This document shows, in pieces, positions 32,554-43,208 of a DNA stretch of 64,000 bases. A program made the translations under genes and the position numbers. Numbering within the stretch: the stretch's first letter is position 1; every line of letters starts with the position of its first letter. The stretch is from Trypanosoma brucei. Its lineage: Eukaryota. Where the stretch lies: positions 2,048,001 to 2,112,000 of the forward strand of contig CP000071.1 of the NCBI GenBank assembly GCA_000002445.1, given 5' to 3'. The notes under the pieces were generated by a model. That model ran no database searches, was not told where the DNA came from, and worked only from the letters and a program-made list of their open reading frames with translations.

Positions 32554-34027
32554 ACGTATTTATACTGGAGCTAGGAAGAGGAGGACAACAATGGGTTGTC
32601 TTTTTTCGACGATAGGGCACGCACGCAAACCCATACATGATTATCTGCTCCTATTTTGTGTGTTCCTGTTGAGCGGCATGGAAGGATTTGAGGTGACCCC
32701 ATTATGTGAGAGGCCTAGCTCCCACCTCAGGATGCTTACATACTTTCAGTGGGCGTGCTGACGGTTGAGGGAGCAAGAAGAAAAGGTAGAGGAGAGCGAA
32801 GAAGCGTTAGATGTTTGGTTTTGTATTTTATTCCATCGTGTGTGCTCCAGCAACCAAACCACGAGCAGCCGATCTTCCCCTTATATACACTCACATTTTC
32901 ATCACCTCTCGTTTTGTTTTCCTTGTATTTCCGTGCACGTTCTTTGAGCGAGGTTCGATTTGGAGGAAAGGATATGGAAATGAGTGTGCCACTGCATCAG
33001 CCCAAGCTCTCTAGCCGTGCTGGACCACCTTTGTTGTGCTTTCCTTCATCACATACCTCCCTCTCGACTTTTCTCTTTTTCGACGGTTTGTGTGTGCTTA
33101 AGTGCAGATTTCCCCCTTCACAACGGGATGCAGAGCGTTTAGTTTGCGCAACCGAATGGTGTGAGGCGCCTTTTTAGTACAGCTACAACTTGTGCTCGCT
33201 TTTCGTGGTGCTAATGTGTTATCACCGTAAATTGCCCTGTGATGATAGGTTTGAATGCTCATGTATGTAAGCATGACCAGTGTACGCAAGACCAACGTTC
33301 CTACGCTTACTCGGACAAGGACCGCACACGCTTGTTGCTGAAGACGCAGCTTAAGGACGTCTCTCACACTGTCACGCGCGACCGAACACTTGGAATGCAG
33401 CTTTTCAGCATGGGGTTCAGCGTTTCACATGCCACTAAGTTGCTAGGCAGCTTCATGTCGCGCTCTCACCAACACAGGTGTGGGGGGTGCTGTGATAGCA
33501 ATGTGCTGCATCTCACTGAAGGGTTCCTTGGGCGCGTTCTTCTTATTTTATGTTGATTGTTACTTCTGGATTGCCTACTGTTAGCGTTTCCACTCATTAT
33601 TTGCCATTTTAATGTAGCTTTTGTTTTTCTTCTTACAACCGCCATCCGCAAAACCAGATCAACACAGCGTATAAATTCAATTGATTGTATTTTCCCCACG
33701 TGGTGGTGCCAGGGGTCACTGCTCTCTGACGCAATGCCACGGATAAGAACAAATGATTGTAAAAGCGACGAAGGAGGCAAGCAGTGTGCATCCCTTTGTT
33801 TGCTCTACTGCAGTCAATATTCATTTCGTACATTGAACCCTCTAGCTCACAGCAATTCACATGGTCAGCCACCGTCTCTTAACTTCACCGATACTTCTTT
33901 TGAAAGAAAATAAAACGAACCACACCTACTTTTATCTTCCGTTTCTTCTTTGTTGTTGTTGTTGTTGTTGGTCTCGGTTTTGACCTGCTCTTAGCGGGCC
34001 TGATCGGCGAGTCGACCCCATTTCCAC

Positions 34028-34249
34028 ATGACGCATAAGGTCCGCCTTGATGACGGACTCGTGGAGGTGGATACAGCTGTGAGGGGGCAATTCGTATTGT
34101 ATTTGGATGAAAGAAGTGGCGTGTGGAGCGTTGCCCCAGCAGAACCACCGAGTAGCACGGTGAAAAGCAATCCGGAGAGTGCGCTAGCCGAAGTAGCGGT
34201 GAAGGAGGACAGCATAGATGATGAAGCATTGATGTTTTTCGCTGATTGA
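34028..34249 (+). CDS. Small acidic hypothetical ORF (73 aa). It may be the 5' part of a larger disrupted gene
   Basis: ATG ORF with non-repetitive composition. It is in the same frame as the downstream ORF 34262..34816 and separated from it by a single TGA. Confidence 0.25.
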   Translation: MTHKVRLDDGLVEVDTAVRGQFVLYLDERSGVWSVAPAEPPSSTVKSNPESALAEVAVKEDSIDDEALMFFAD

Positions 34250-34952
34250 AGCCGATATTTCGTGCCTTTACAAGAATATCTCAATCCACTATGCACTTGG
34301 CACGCTGGTTGGTGCGACGGCGAGCTGGCGGTTGACATATGTGACTCGTCAGAGCAACTTACACTAACGCGAAGCCAATACACCCCTGCCCTTCTTTACT
34401 GTGGAAGTCTTAGCGTTTTGTGTTTTGCGGGTCGTTCTACCATTGGGATTGCAGTAATGGTTGATGCAAACGGCATTGGATATCAGCAAGGTGCGGTGGC
34501 AACAACTTTCACCTTCCCTTTCCGACACCCCTCCTATCTGAGGGAGCGGCTTGACACATTGACATACTCGGAAATGGGAATTTTGAAAGTCGTTGGACTC
34601 AGGCGAAACAAAATCAGTGTGCAGTCACTTTGTGTTTTGGATGGGAAGAAAATTCTTCACGATCTGGATACAACAGTGCTCGCCAAATCGGTACACCGCC
34701 AGGGCCTCCCAACTGCTGCCGTGATGGAAATCTGTTGGTGGTTGTTTCGGTTAGCGCAAGCTTTCTGTAATGTCCAAATTGTCTGCCCTGCCTATCGACC
34801 CCTAGTTAACCTGTAACAGAAATTTGTTTGTAGGATAAGTGCTCGTTTGTCAGGATCCCCGTATTTCCTTTTTCCTGCTTCTTCCGTCGCCTCTGAAGTT
34901 CAAAGGCCTTTTTTTACCCCTTTTTCATAACCTTGCGTGGTGGCAGGCACTT

Positions 34953-37900
34953 ATGACCGCTCGACGACGCCATCGTCAGCGGCAAGCCAACGGTCACCCG
35001 CACAAACACGGAGTCTCACATCCCCGAGTGACGTCACAGGGCGAGGAGCAACAGCAGTGTGGAGACTCTTATGGGGCCCAGACCACACAACAAGGTGTTG
35101 ATTACTCATACCCTACGTCGCCGAATGCACAACCCGTGAGCATAAACCATTCAGAATTGCGGCCCGTAAAGGGTGAAGGAGAAAGACTAGAAATGTCAGT
35201 ATCTGAGGAAGTAAAACAACAACAGTCAGCAGAGCAGCGGGAAGCTGCTTCAAGCGCCTTTGATAATAACATAGAACAACACATGGAGTCACAAACAGTG
35301 ACGAAGCATGGTGCACACGACACTTCCACGCGGTCACGACGTGGAAGGACGACGAGGAGCGCAAGAGGGCGTGCCCAGGTGGGTGGGCGGCTATCCAAGC
35401 CGAAGGCGAAAACAGCTGCACTGGAAGCAGGAGGTTCCTTTGCTCCTCTTACTAGGGCCGCAGCCCCGCAGACGGTGGTGAGCGCGCTGGAGGAACAGCG
35501 GCGACTCCGGAATATAGTTGCAGCACCGCCAGCACCTTTGGTATACGAGGACCCTGCGGAATGCGACGATAGCGAAGTTCAGGACACGGCACACGACGAA
35601 GCGGTCGAGGTCAAGCGACAAGTGGGCTCTTTTTCGCGATCATTTAGCACCAATTATCCGAAGGGTACTACAGAAGTATCCGCACCGGCGGCGGAGTTAA
35701 ATGACACAAAGCCCATTTTCGGCAACAGTGAGCGAGATTCATCGCAAGCTGCCACCAAAGGACCCGAAGCTTTAGGCACAGGTTCTCACAGTGGTTCGGA
35801 AACACAATCAGGAACACAAGCGGAAGAATACAAATATGTTGGTGGTAGCGCTTATGGGCGACAGCGCACTGCAAACGTTGGAAGAGCTTTCGGTGGCAAA
35901 GGGACACCAAAGCGGAACCACATCGGGGACCGTACGCGGGGCTCCGCTCTCCCCTCGTCTGCAAATGCGGAAATTTACCAAACAGGTGAGGAGGAGGAAG
36001 GAACCGCGCGGAAGCAAACAGAAGGGCAACGAAACCAGGTGGAAACCGGGGCAGTCGCTCAAGGGGAAGCCGAAGGAGAGCACAGGCGAGTGAGGGTTGA
36101 ATCAACTAAGAAAGCAGTCATGCGCGGGGGAGCCGATGAGGAGGTCGTGTATAAAGGAGCAGGGGAGGCACGAACGGATGTCGAAGAGGAAGCGGCAAGG
36201 AGGAGAGCAGAAGAGGTGGCCCGAAGGCGGGCTGCAGCGAAAGATGTTTTAATGAGGCGGGCTGAAGAGGCGGCGCGCAGGAGGGCAGAAAAGGTGGCCC
36301 AAAGACGGGCTGAACACGCGGCCCGTCGAAAAGTTGAAGAGGAGGCGCGGAAGCGTGTGGAAGGGGGGGCACAGAAAGCAGCGGAGGAAGTGGCACGCAA
36401 AAATGCTGAAGAGGCGGCACGCAAGAAAGCTGAAGAGGAGGCACGCAAGAAAGCTGAAGAGGCGGCACGCAAGAAAGCTGAAGAGGCGGCACGCAAGAAA
36501 GCTGAAGAGGCGGCACGCAAGAAAGCTGAAGAGGCGGCACGCAAGAAAGCTGAAGAGGCGGCACGCAAGAAAGCTGAAGAGGCGGCACGCAAGAAAGCTG
36601 AAGAGGCGGCACGCAAGAAAGCTGAAGAGGCGGCACGCAAGAAAGCTGAAGAGGCGGCACGCAAGAAAGCTGAAGAGGCGGCACGCAAGAAAGCTGAAGA
36701 GGCGGCACGCAAGAAAGCTGAAGAGGCGGCACGCAAGAAAGCTGAAGAGGCGGCACGCAAGAAAGCTGAAGAGGCGGCACGCAAGAAAGCTGAAGAGGCG
36801 GCACGCAAGAAAGCTGAAGAGGCGGCACGCAAGAAAGCTGAAGAGGAGGCACGCAAGAAAGCTGAAGAGGAGGCACGCAAGAGGGCTGAAGAGGAGGCAC
36901 GCAAGAAAGCTGAAGAGGAGGCACGCAAGAGGGCTGAAGAGGCAGCACGCAAGAAAGCTGAAGAGGAGGCACGCAAGAAAGCTGAAGAGGAGGCACGCAA
37001 GAAAGCTGAAGAGGCGGCACGCAAGAAAGCTGAAGAGGCGGCACGCAAGAGGGCTGAAGAGGCGGCACGCAAGAAAGCTGAAGAGGCGGCACGCAAGAAA
37101 GCTGAAGAGGCGGCACGCAAGAAAGCTGAAGAGGCGGCACGCAAGAGGGCTGAAGAGGCGGCACGCAAGAAAGCTGAAGAGGAGGCGCGGAGAATGGCGG
37201 AGGAGGAGGAGGAAGCACGAAGGATGGCAGAAGAGGAGGCGGTCCGTAAGCGAGTTGAGCGGGAAGTGGCACGCAAGAAGGCTGAAGAAGTGGCGAGGAG
37301 AAGGGCTGAACAAGCGGTGCGTAAGAAAGCTGAAGAAGTAGCGGTACGCAAGAGGGCGGAGGAGGAGGCGGCACGAAGGATGGCAGAAGAAGAAGAAGCG
37401 CGTAGAATGGCGGAAGAGGAGAATTTGGAGCGCGGGCGAGCCGTGGATGGGGCTGCACGTACCGCGACGGGGAACGAGACTACTCTAACGGAACAACAGC
37501 GCCGTGAAAGGGCGAAGAAGAAGTTAGAACGGTATCGCAAGCAAGCGCTGGCACGTAATCAGAGGCCTGCCTGGAGGGAGAGCGATGCCGCAGCCGCTGC
37601 CGCGGCGGCTGTTGCACAAGGTGCCGCGGATGTGCCGTTTGTCCCCACAAGAGGAAACACCATTCTTCCCTCAGAAGCACGTGCAGCATCCACTTCGGAG
37701 GAAGAGTTGATAGCCGGCGCTCTCACCTTCCCCAACAGCAATGTTGCAATTGAGAAGTTTGACGAAAATCAATTAGTCGTGCGACGCCAGAGCCTGGATG
37801 ATCCGTGGGATATTGGCCTGCGGTTCGACTGGACAATCAAAACGCTGGCAATCGGTTCCCTGCCCACCTATCGGCTGACAGACCCACGCCGCATGCACCC

Positions 37901-38039
37901 CTTTATGCGCATGTATCAGTCCAAACCTGTGTGGTTCCTTGAAGAAGTTAATGGCACAAAGGCTAATAACATTCGCGAGGTGATGGAAGTTCTCAAGAAA
38001 AGTCTCTTGGCAAAGTTTGTGTTTAGAAAACCGCACTGA
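34953..38039 (+). CDS. Large repeat-containing protein: charged 'AEEAARKK' octapeptide array (Glu/Ala/Arg/Lys-rich) with a PDZ-like C-terminal domain
   Basis: A 1028-aa ORF from the first ATG (track start 34839 is GTG). The central region is an 8-aa/24-bp tandem repeat. C-terminal 'DPWDIGLRFDWTIKTLAIGSLP...FLEEVNGTKANNIREVMEVLKKSLLAKFVF' has the GLGF-like loop and 'VNG...EV..LLK' layout of PDZ domains. The PDZ assignment is an inference. Confidence 0.8.
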   Translation: MTARRRHRQRQANGHPHKHGVSHPRVTSQGEEQQQCGDSYGAQTTQQGVDYSYPTSPNAQPVSINHSELRPVKGEGERLEMSVSEEVKQQQSAEQREAASSAFDNNIEQHMESQTVTKHGAHDTSTRSRRGRTTRSARGRAQVGGRLSKPKAKTAALEAGGSFAPLTRAAAPQTVVSALEEQRRLRNIVAAPPAPLVYEDPAECDDSEVQDTAHDEAVEVKRQVGSFSRSFSTNYPKGTTEVSAPAAELNDTKPIFGNSERDSSQAATKGPEALGTGSHSGSETQSGTQAEEYKYVGGSAYGRQRTANVGRAFGGKGTPKRNHIGDRTRGSALPSSANAEIYQTGEEEEGTARKQTEGQRNQVETGAVAQGEAEGEHRRVRVESTKKAVMRGGADEEVVYKGAGEARTDVEEEAARRRAEEVARRRAAAKDVLMRRAEEAARRRAEKVAQRRAEHAARRKVEEEARKRVEGGAQKAAEEVARKNAEEAARKKAEEEARKKAEEAARKKAEEAARKKAEEAARKKAEEAARKKAEEAARKKAEEAARKKAEEAARKKAEEAARKKAEEAARKKAEEAARKKAEEAARKKAEEAARKKAEEAARKKAEEAARKKAEEAARKKAEEAARKKAEEEARKKAEEEARKRAEEEARKKAEEEARKRAEEAARKKAEEEARKKAEEEARKKAEEAARKKAEEAARKRAEEAARKKAEEAARKKAEEAARKKAEEAARKRAEEAARKKAEEEARRMAEEEEEARRMAEEEAVRKRVEREVARKKAEEVARRRAEQAVRKKAEEVAVRKRAEEEAARRMAEEEEARRMAEEENLERGRAVDGAARTATGNETTLTEQQRRERAKKKLERYRKQALARNQRPAWRESDAAAAAAAAVAQGAADVPFVPTRGNTILPSEARAASTSEEELIAGALTFPNSNVAIEKFDENQLVVRRQSLDDPWDIGLRFDWTIKTLAIGSLPTYRLTDPRRMHPFMRMYQSKPVWFLEEVNGTKANNIREVMEVLKKSLLAKFVFRKPH
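36183..37420 (+). repeat. Coding 24-bp tandem repeat 'gctgaagaggcggcacgcaagaaa' (AEEAARKK)
   Basis: About 30 near-identical units between about 36409 and 37190, with only gcg/gag (A/E) and aaa/agg (K/R) variants. Both ends carry progressively degenerate units (AEEVARRR, AEKVAQRR, MAEEEEARR...). This periodicity also creates the long spurious ORFs on the other five frames. Confidence 0.95.
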
Positions 38040-40087
38040 AGTCAGTAGCCGAATGCTCGCTGAGATACATCCGCGTTCTCGGTGCTTTCGCCTCTACCCA
38101 GATGCGTCTCGCATTGAGGTAATCATCACCGACAGTCCTAGGTCTCATGTTCGAATTACATAGCCAATGATGCCACCGACTGTCCTTATTGTTATTCGGG
38201 TGAGAGGATGCGGACCCTAGCGTCGGCAAGAGGGTATCGTAAACAATTTTAAACTGCGGAGTAACCAACGCCGCGTTTTTCGACTGCGGGCTTGAAGGCG
38301 CCCGCGTGCTTCACTTTGACCCGTGCACTCTGCTTTCGGAGGGGCCCGGAGTGTGCACTACCGCCGTTAACTCTTGGGCATACGGTATACATACTTATAG
38401 ACACTACGAAACATTCCATAGAATAAACTCCGCGTTAACATACATCACTTCATTTTCTGTGTTCGTGGTCCCGTCCTCACTTTTGGTTCTTTGGTGGGTC
38501 TAACTAACGATGTTGATGAGTAACGTGACAGCTGTGGTCGGGGTGGAGTGCTTTTTATCAGCAGTGTACCGCAATGGTGTCAGCTTATTCTATCACATTT
38601 CAATCTATCCTGCCTTCATTTTGCCTTATGTAAGAGGCGCGCAAATTTAGGTAGGGCAGCATCGCATCGACGACAACAGGAGCATTTGAAAGCTGGTTCG
38701 TTTGACCTTTTAACTCTGATGTTCTGACGCACGTCTTTGTTTGTCAGCTTTCCTAGTCGCATTAGTTTATATTATGCGCACATTGTCGACGGAACCGAAT
38801 TGGAGGCAATCCGAAGCCGTAGCTCTATTTTACTACTACAGGTAATTTCCCAGCGCAGTGACCAGAGCATCTGCGCATCAGCGCTTTCAACGGCCGAGCT
38901 GACAACTTAAGCTTTGCAACCGGCTACGCCGGCAGTAGAACTAGTCACGCAAGAATCCGGTTTCCAGACCAGCTCTCCCATGGTGGGGGGAACGCCTCAA
39001 TAAAAAAAATTAACCGGTTTTTTTGAATTCAGTATTGGTACGTTCCCACGTATCGCTGCAGCGAGCGCAACCAGGGCCTCATTGATCGATATTTGGTGAT
39101 GAAACGCAGTTCTCATCCACAAAACTCCGCTTTTATTGATGGTCGAATCTGCTGCACCGTAGTAAAGGGCACTTCGCGCCAAAATCACCGACTTTGAGGG
39201 ACTGCGCCAGGTGGAGAGAAGTGAAACGTAAGTGGAGGAGGCCGTACGCCCCGTGCACTTACCTGATGAGTAGTGGGGAGCAACACAGCATAAGAGATGT
39301 GCTGCGTGCCAAATGGATTAAATTATGGGGGGGGGGGTTGTGCGTATCTCTAGCGAAGGGAGTCGCAAGGCCCACAGGTTAGTTTGGTACCTTGCCAACG
39401 GGAATTCCAAATATCGTGCCAATCTGGGGGGAGGGATTCCGGTCGCTGCGACAACTCTCTCAAGCTCAGGATGGAAGTTTTAGTTGCACTTCCAAAGATG
39501 CCGAGAGCAAGACATTCGAGCTAACAAAGTCAAGGTGTTGCCGCTGTAGCAGTGGAAGGAATCAAGGCAGGGTGAAACATGCTACGCATGGAGTGATGGG
39601 GGAAAACATGAAGTTGTTTTTTGAACGGCGTCAAGTGTGCACGGGCACCTATGTCTATCACGTGATTTTGCTGCGGCGGTAACTATAAATAAGGTCTGGA
39701 TGTTGGGGGCCCGTTTCCCTTCGGTCGTGGTTTGCTGGAGTTCTTTTCTCTGTGTGCATGTGAAAAGAATGAATTTCTTTGGGTTGTTGAAAAAAAAAAA
39801 CATGTTTCGTGTAACTGTGGGAAGCGTGAGTTAGAGTTGATGCGCTTCCTCGGCACCCAGACGAATGAGCGGTATTGCCATACGATACACAAAAAGTGTA
39901 CAATCTTTCGGTTAACAGGATACTTTTACCCTCTCTTGGTTGACCATCTTTCTCGTCGGTTTTTTCTCCTTCAGATGTTCCTTTATCGCCTCGCGTGCGG
40001 TGCGTTGCCGTGCAGCCACACTCCATAAAAGGCCCCACCAGTGGATGCTACATTACCCCTTAGCACGGCTCTCATTTGGCGCCCCAC

Positions 40088-40153
40088 TTCTTTTATTTTT
40101 ACTTTATTTATTTTTTTTGCTTGATCGCTTACGTACCCTTCGGTATTGTCAGG
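40088..40153 (+). promoter_or_regulatory. Long polypyrimidine tract + AG upstream of the Erv41/46 gene (putative trans-splice signal)
   Basis: 'cttcttttatttttactttatttattttttttgcttgatcgcttacgtacccttcggtattgtcag' immediately upstream of the ATG at 40199. Confidence 0.35.
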
Positions 40154-40198
40154 ACACTTCTTAGGTGGAACATCATTTTGCTTTAGTTGTGGAGTACC

Positions 40199-41416
40199 AT
40201 GAAGGGCCTCAGCCGCCTTGATGTCTTCCCGAAATTCGACACGCGGTTCGAGCAGGATGCTCGGCAGCGTACGGCGCTTGGTGGCGTTCTCTCCATGGCG
40301 TCCATTCTCATAATTACTTTCCTCGTCGTGGGTGAGATTCGCTATTTCCTCTCCACCGTGGAACAGCATGAGATGTACGTTGATCCGCATATCGGCGGTA
40401 TCATGCACATGAAAGTAAACATTACGTTCCCACGGGTGCCGTGCGACCTCATGACAGCGGACGCCATTGATGCCTTTGGTGAGTATGTAGAAAATGTTGT
40501 GACGGATACTGCCAAGGTGCGTGTGGATTCAAGTACGCTGAAGCCTCTCGGTAAGGCACGGCAACTGGTCGATTTGAAGAAACAGCCGACGAATGGTAAT
40601 GAAACGGGCAATGAGAACTGTCCAACTTGCTACGGGGCAGAGAAGAACCCAGGGGAATGCTGTCACACCTGTGATGATGTGCGGCGAGCTTTCGCGGAGC
40701 GCCAGTGGGAGTTCCACGAAGACGATGTCAGTATCGCGCAGTGTGCACATGAGCGCCTGAAGGTAGCGGCAGACAGCGCGTCTGCGGAGGGGTGTAACTT
40801 GCACGCCTCCTTTAGTGTTCCGCGAGTGACGGGAAACATTCATTTCGTACCTGGGCGTATGTTCAATTTTTTTGGTCAGCACCTGCATAGTTTTAAAGGG
40901 GAAACAATACGAAAACTGAATTTGAGTCATATTGTACATGCGTTAGAGTTTGGCGAGCGGTTTCCAGGACAAAACAACCCCATGGACGGGATGGTGAACG
41001 CGCGTGGGGTGAAGGATCCATCTGAGCCACTGATTGGCCGTTTCACTTATTTTGTAAAAGTTGTGCCTACGCTTTACCAAGTCGTTTCAATGGCCAACAC
41101 TGGGAACTTAGTGGAATCTAACCAGTACTCCGTCACGCATCACTTCACTCCGAGTTGGGCCGCCCCCAAGGAAGGCGAGACGGACAACCCCAACAGCGAT
41201 CCGCTGGTCGTGCCGGGAGTGTTCATATCATACGATATCTCTCCCATTCGCGTCTCAGTCACGCGTACGCACCCATATCCATCCATTGTGCATCTGGTGT
41301 TGCAATTGTGTGCCGTGGGCGGTGGCGTTTACACGGTGACCGGCCTTATTGACTCCCTCTTCTTCCACGGTATTAAGCGGGTTCAGGAGAAGATAAACAG
41401 AGGGAAGCAGTTTTGA
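40199..41416 (+). CDS. ER-Golgi intermediate compartment protein Erv41/Erv46 (ERGIC2/3) family
   Basis: 'LSRLDVFPK...RT..GG' N-terminal ERGIC_N segment, N-terminal TM, luminal Cys-rich block 'CPTCYGAEKNPGECCHTCDDVRRAF', and C-terminal TM 'VHLVLQLCAVGGGVYTVTGLIDSLFFH'. Track start 40187 is TTG; the ATG is 40199. Confidence 0.85.
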   Translation: MKGLSRLDVFPKFDTRFEQDARQRTALGGVLSMASILIITFLVVGEIRYFLSTVEQHEMYVDPHIGGIMHMKVNITFPRVPCDLMTADAIDAFGEYVENVVTDTAKVRVDSSTLKPLGKARQLVDLKKQPTNGNETGNENCPTCYGAEKNPGECCHTCDDVRRAFAERQWEFHEDDVSIAQCAHERLKVAADSASAEGCNLHASFSVPRVTGNIHFVPGRMFNFFGQHLHSFKGETIRKLNLSHIVHALEFGERFPGQNNPMDGMVNARGVKDPSEPLIGRFTYFVKVVPTLYQVVSMANTGNLVESNQYSVTHHFTPSWAAPKEGETDNPNSDPLVVPGVFISYDISPIRVSVTRTHPYPSIVHLVLQLCAVGGGVYTVTGLIDSLFFHGIKRVQEKINRGKQF

Positions 41417-41882
41417 TGTGTTTTTGAAGCCGAAGAGCTGGAAAGGAAGAAAGGTGAGAGAAAATGATAAATATAAAGGGGATTAAGTGTCACACGCAAT
41501 TACTTTTAGGAGTGGTGGTAGACAGTACTCACCCTGCTTGCGCTCTTTTTCTTCCCTTTTGCTTTGCCACTTCTTCTTCCGTTACTTCACACGGGGTTTG
41601 GTGCCCGTGACAATTTAATAAATTTTGTTGCTGTTTCTGTGAGAGTTACCACCACTGTTACTGAATTGCGTATTCTCTGATTCAGGGTATTTCCGGCCTG
41701 TTAAGCAGCATCTCTGCTCATTGTATCCCTTCTCTCTCCTCTTCTTCACTCGCTGCGACGGTAAGCAACCGCTAGGAAAGCTAGACAGCACCCCGTTGTT
41801 ATTGCCACATTCCAGTCCCATTCAACCAAGCAACAAGTTTATCGTTCACGTAAAGGCGGGTGAGTGCATCATTGATCGAAAG

Positions 41883-42626
41883 ATGATTGTTCCATCGTTG
41901 AACGGCCGCCTTTTCTCCTTCCTCTTCATTTTCCTCACCGTTGGTCAGCTGTCGCACCCATCACCAGCCGAGGCATTCGCCACAAAGATAGAGCCCCACA
42001 GCCGTGAATGTTTCGTGGAGTCCGTTCCGGCAGGTGCCTCCCTCGCCTTTCTCTTCCGCGTTACTGATGGTGGGTCATTCGACATCGATGCCGTCATGAC
42101 AGCAACAACCGTTGCCCCACTCGAAACGCTGGATGACACATCGCGCCTGCACTTCAGCGAAAAGTTGCGGCCGTTGCGAGACAACGCCCAAACCACCGTC
42201 ATCAATGAGTGGCGTCGTGCCACGGAGGGCAGTCAGACTTACACCGCTCCCACTGTAAGCGAAACCAAGCATGGGTTACCCGCGGAGGTTACGGTCTGTT
42301 TTGACAACAGCTTCGCCCGCCGCTCGCCCAAGTGGGTGTCTTTTCAGTTCCTCCGTCACGAAGGACTGGAGGAAGACCCGCAGGCTAGCATGACAGCTGA
42401 GGCAAAAGTAGAGGCAGAGTTGCATAAGCATGGCTCAGTCCTATTTGAACTGGCGACTGCAACGGAGCGGCTGCGGCTGGTTGGGGAATCAGATCGTGTA
42501 AAGCATGAATCTCTTGCACGTATCATACAAGCGGGACTCATTGGAAACATCGTGCTTTTGGCGGTGATGGCGGTATATCAGTACCGAACGCTAACGAGGT
42601 TCCTTCTGCGGTGTAAGCCTCAGTAG
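41883..42626 (+). CDS. p24/emp24/GOLD-domain cargo receptor family protein
   Basis: Signal peptide 'MIVPSLNGRLFSFLFIFLTVG', GOLD-like 'HSRECFVESVPAGASLAFLFRVTDGGSFDIDAVMT', heptad region, then a single C-terminal TM 'LIGNIVLLAVMAVYQY' with a short cytosolic tail. Track start 41721 is TTG; first ATG is 41883. Confidence 0.65.
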   Translation: MIVPSLNGRLFSFLFIFLTVGQLSHPSPAEAFATKIEPHSRECFVESVPAGASLAFLFRVTDGGSFDIDAVMTATTVAPLETLDDTSRLHFSEKLRPLRDNAQTTVINEWRRATEGSQTYTAPTVSETKHGLPAEVTVCFDNSFARRSPKWVSFQFLRHEGLEEDPQASMTAEAKVEAELHKHGSVLFELATATERLRLVGESDRVKHESLARIIQAGLIGNIVLLAVMAVYQYRTLTRFLLRCKPQ

Positions 42627-43208
42627 CGGTAGATAAATCTGCACGAAAGGTGCCAAAGAAAATGTTACTTCCCCAGCCAACACGCAAAGATTTAGGTGGG
42701 TGGGGGATCTACCCAACAGTCCTTTTTTTTTCTTTTACAAAACAAAAGAACCCTTTCGGCTACTGTTCATGTTTTGTTTTGTTTTTTTTTTTGCCGTTGC
42801 TTCTACAACCAAAATGCGCATCAAATAACTATTTGCGCTTTTGGATGACTCCCTATTCGTGTAGCGGCAACTGATGGTTCAACCACCCGCTCCCACTTTT
42901 TCGTGGTACCAGTGGTACGACACATTGTCATAGTCAATGATTGTTTACTTTTTATTTATTCTTCTTTGCGTTTTGCGCTTTTGCGTCGTTGGGCAACAAA
43001 TCACCCCGCAAGGAACAATTCGCAACCCCCTTGTCGATGCGAACGCCACCATGCATTTGTTTCACGCATCATTCAAGTCATTCCTCATTTCCCGTCCAGT
43101 AGAAAGAAAGGGAGAGAGTGCGGTCCAGCTGTGCACACCCCATTATCCCTTCCCCTCCTCTTCCTTTTACAGCCTTTCTCCCGTGTAAGTTTGGTGCATT
43201 TGGAGAAT

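Noticed and set aside
34247..34249. In-frame TGA as a possible selenocysteine codon
   Set aside because: No Cys-x-x-Sec or other redox motif nearby, and no resemblance to SelK/SelT/SelTryp. Pseudogene or error is more parsimonious.
36059..37540. Long ORFs on the other frames and strand across the AEEAARKK array (36059..37540 -, 36118..37458 -, 36249..37313 -, 36334..37341 +), encoding poly-'SSAFLRAA', 'PPLQLSCV', 'KLKRRHAR' and similar
   Set aside because: These are pure by-products of a stop-free 24-bp periodic repeat. Only the plus-strand AEEAARKK frame continues into unique, protein-like N-terminal and C-terminal sequence.
38490..38520. 'aactaacgatgttgatgag' resembling the start of the kinetoplastid spliced-leader ('AACTAACGCTATTATTGATACAG')
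   Set aside because: Only about 13/22 positions match. There is no downstream SL intron/Sm-site-like sequence and no tandem array context, so it is probably chance.
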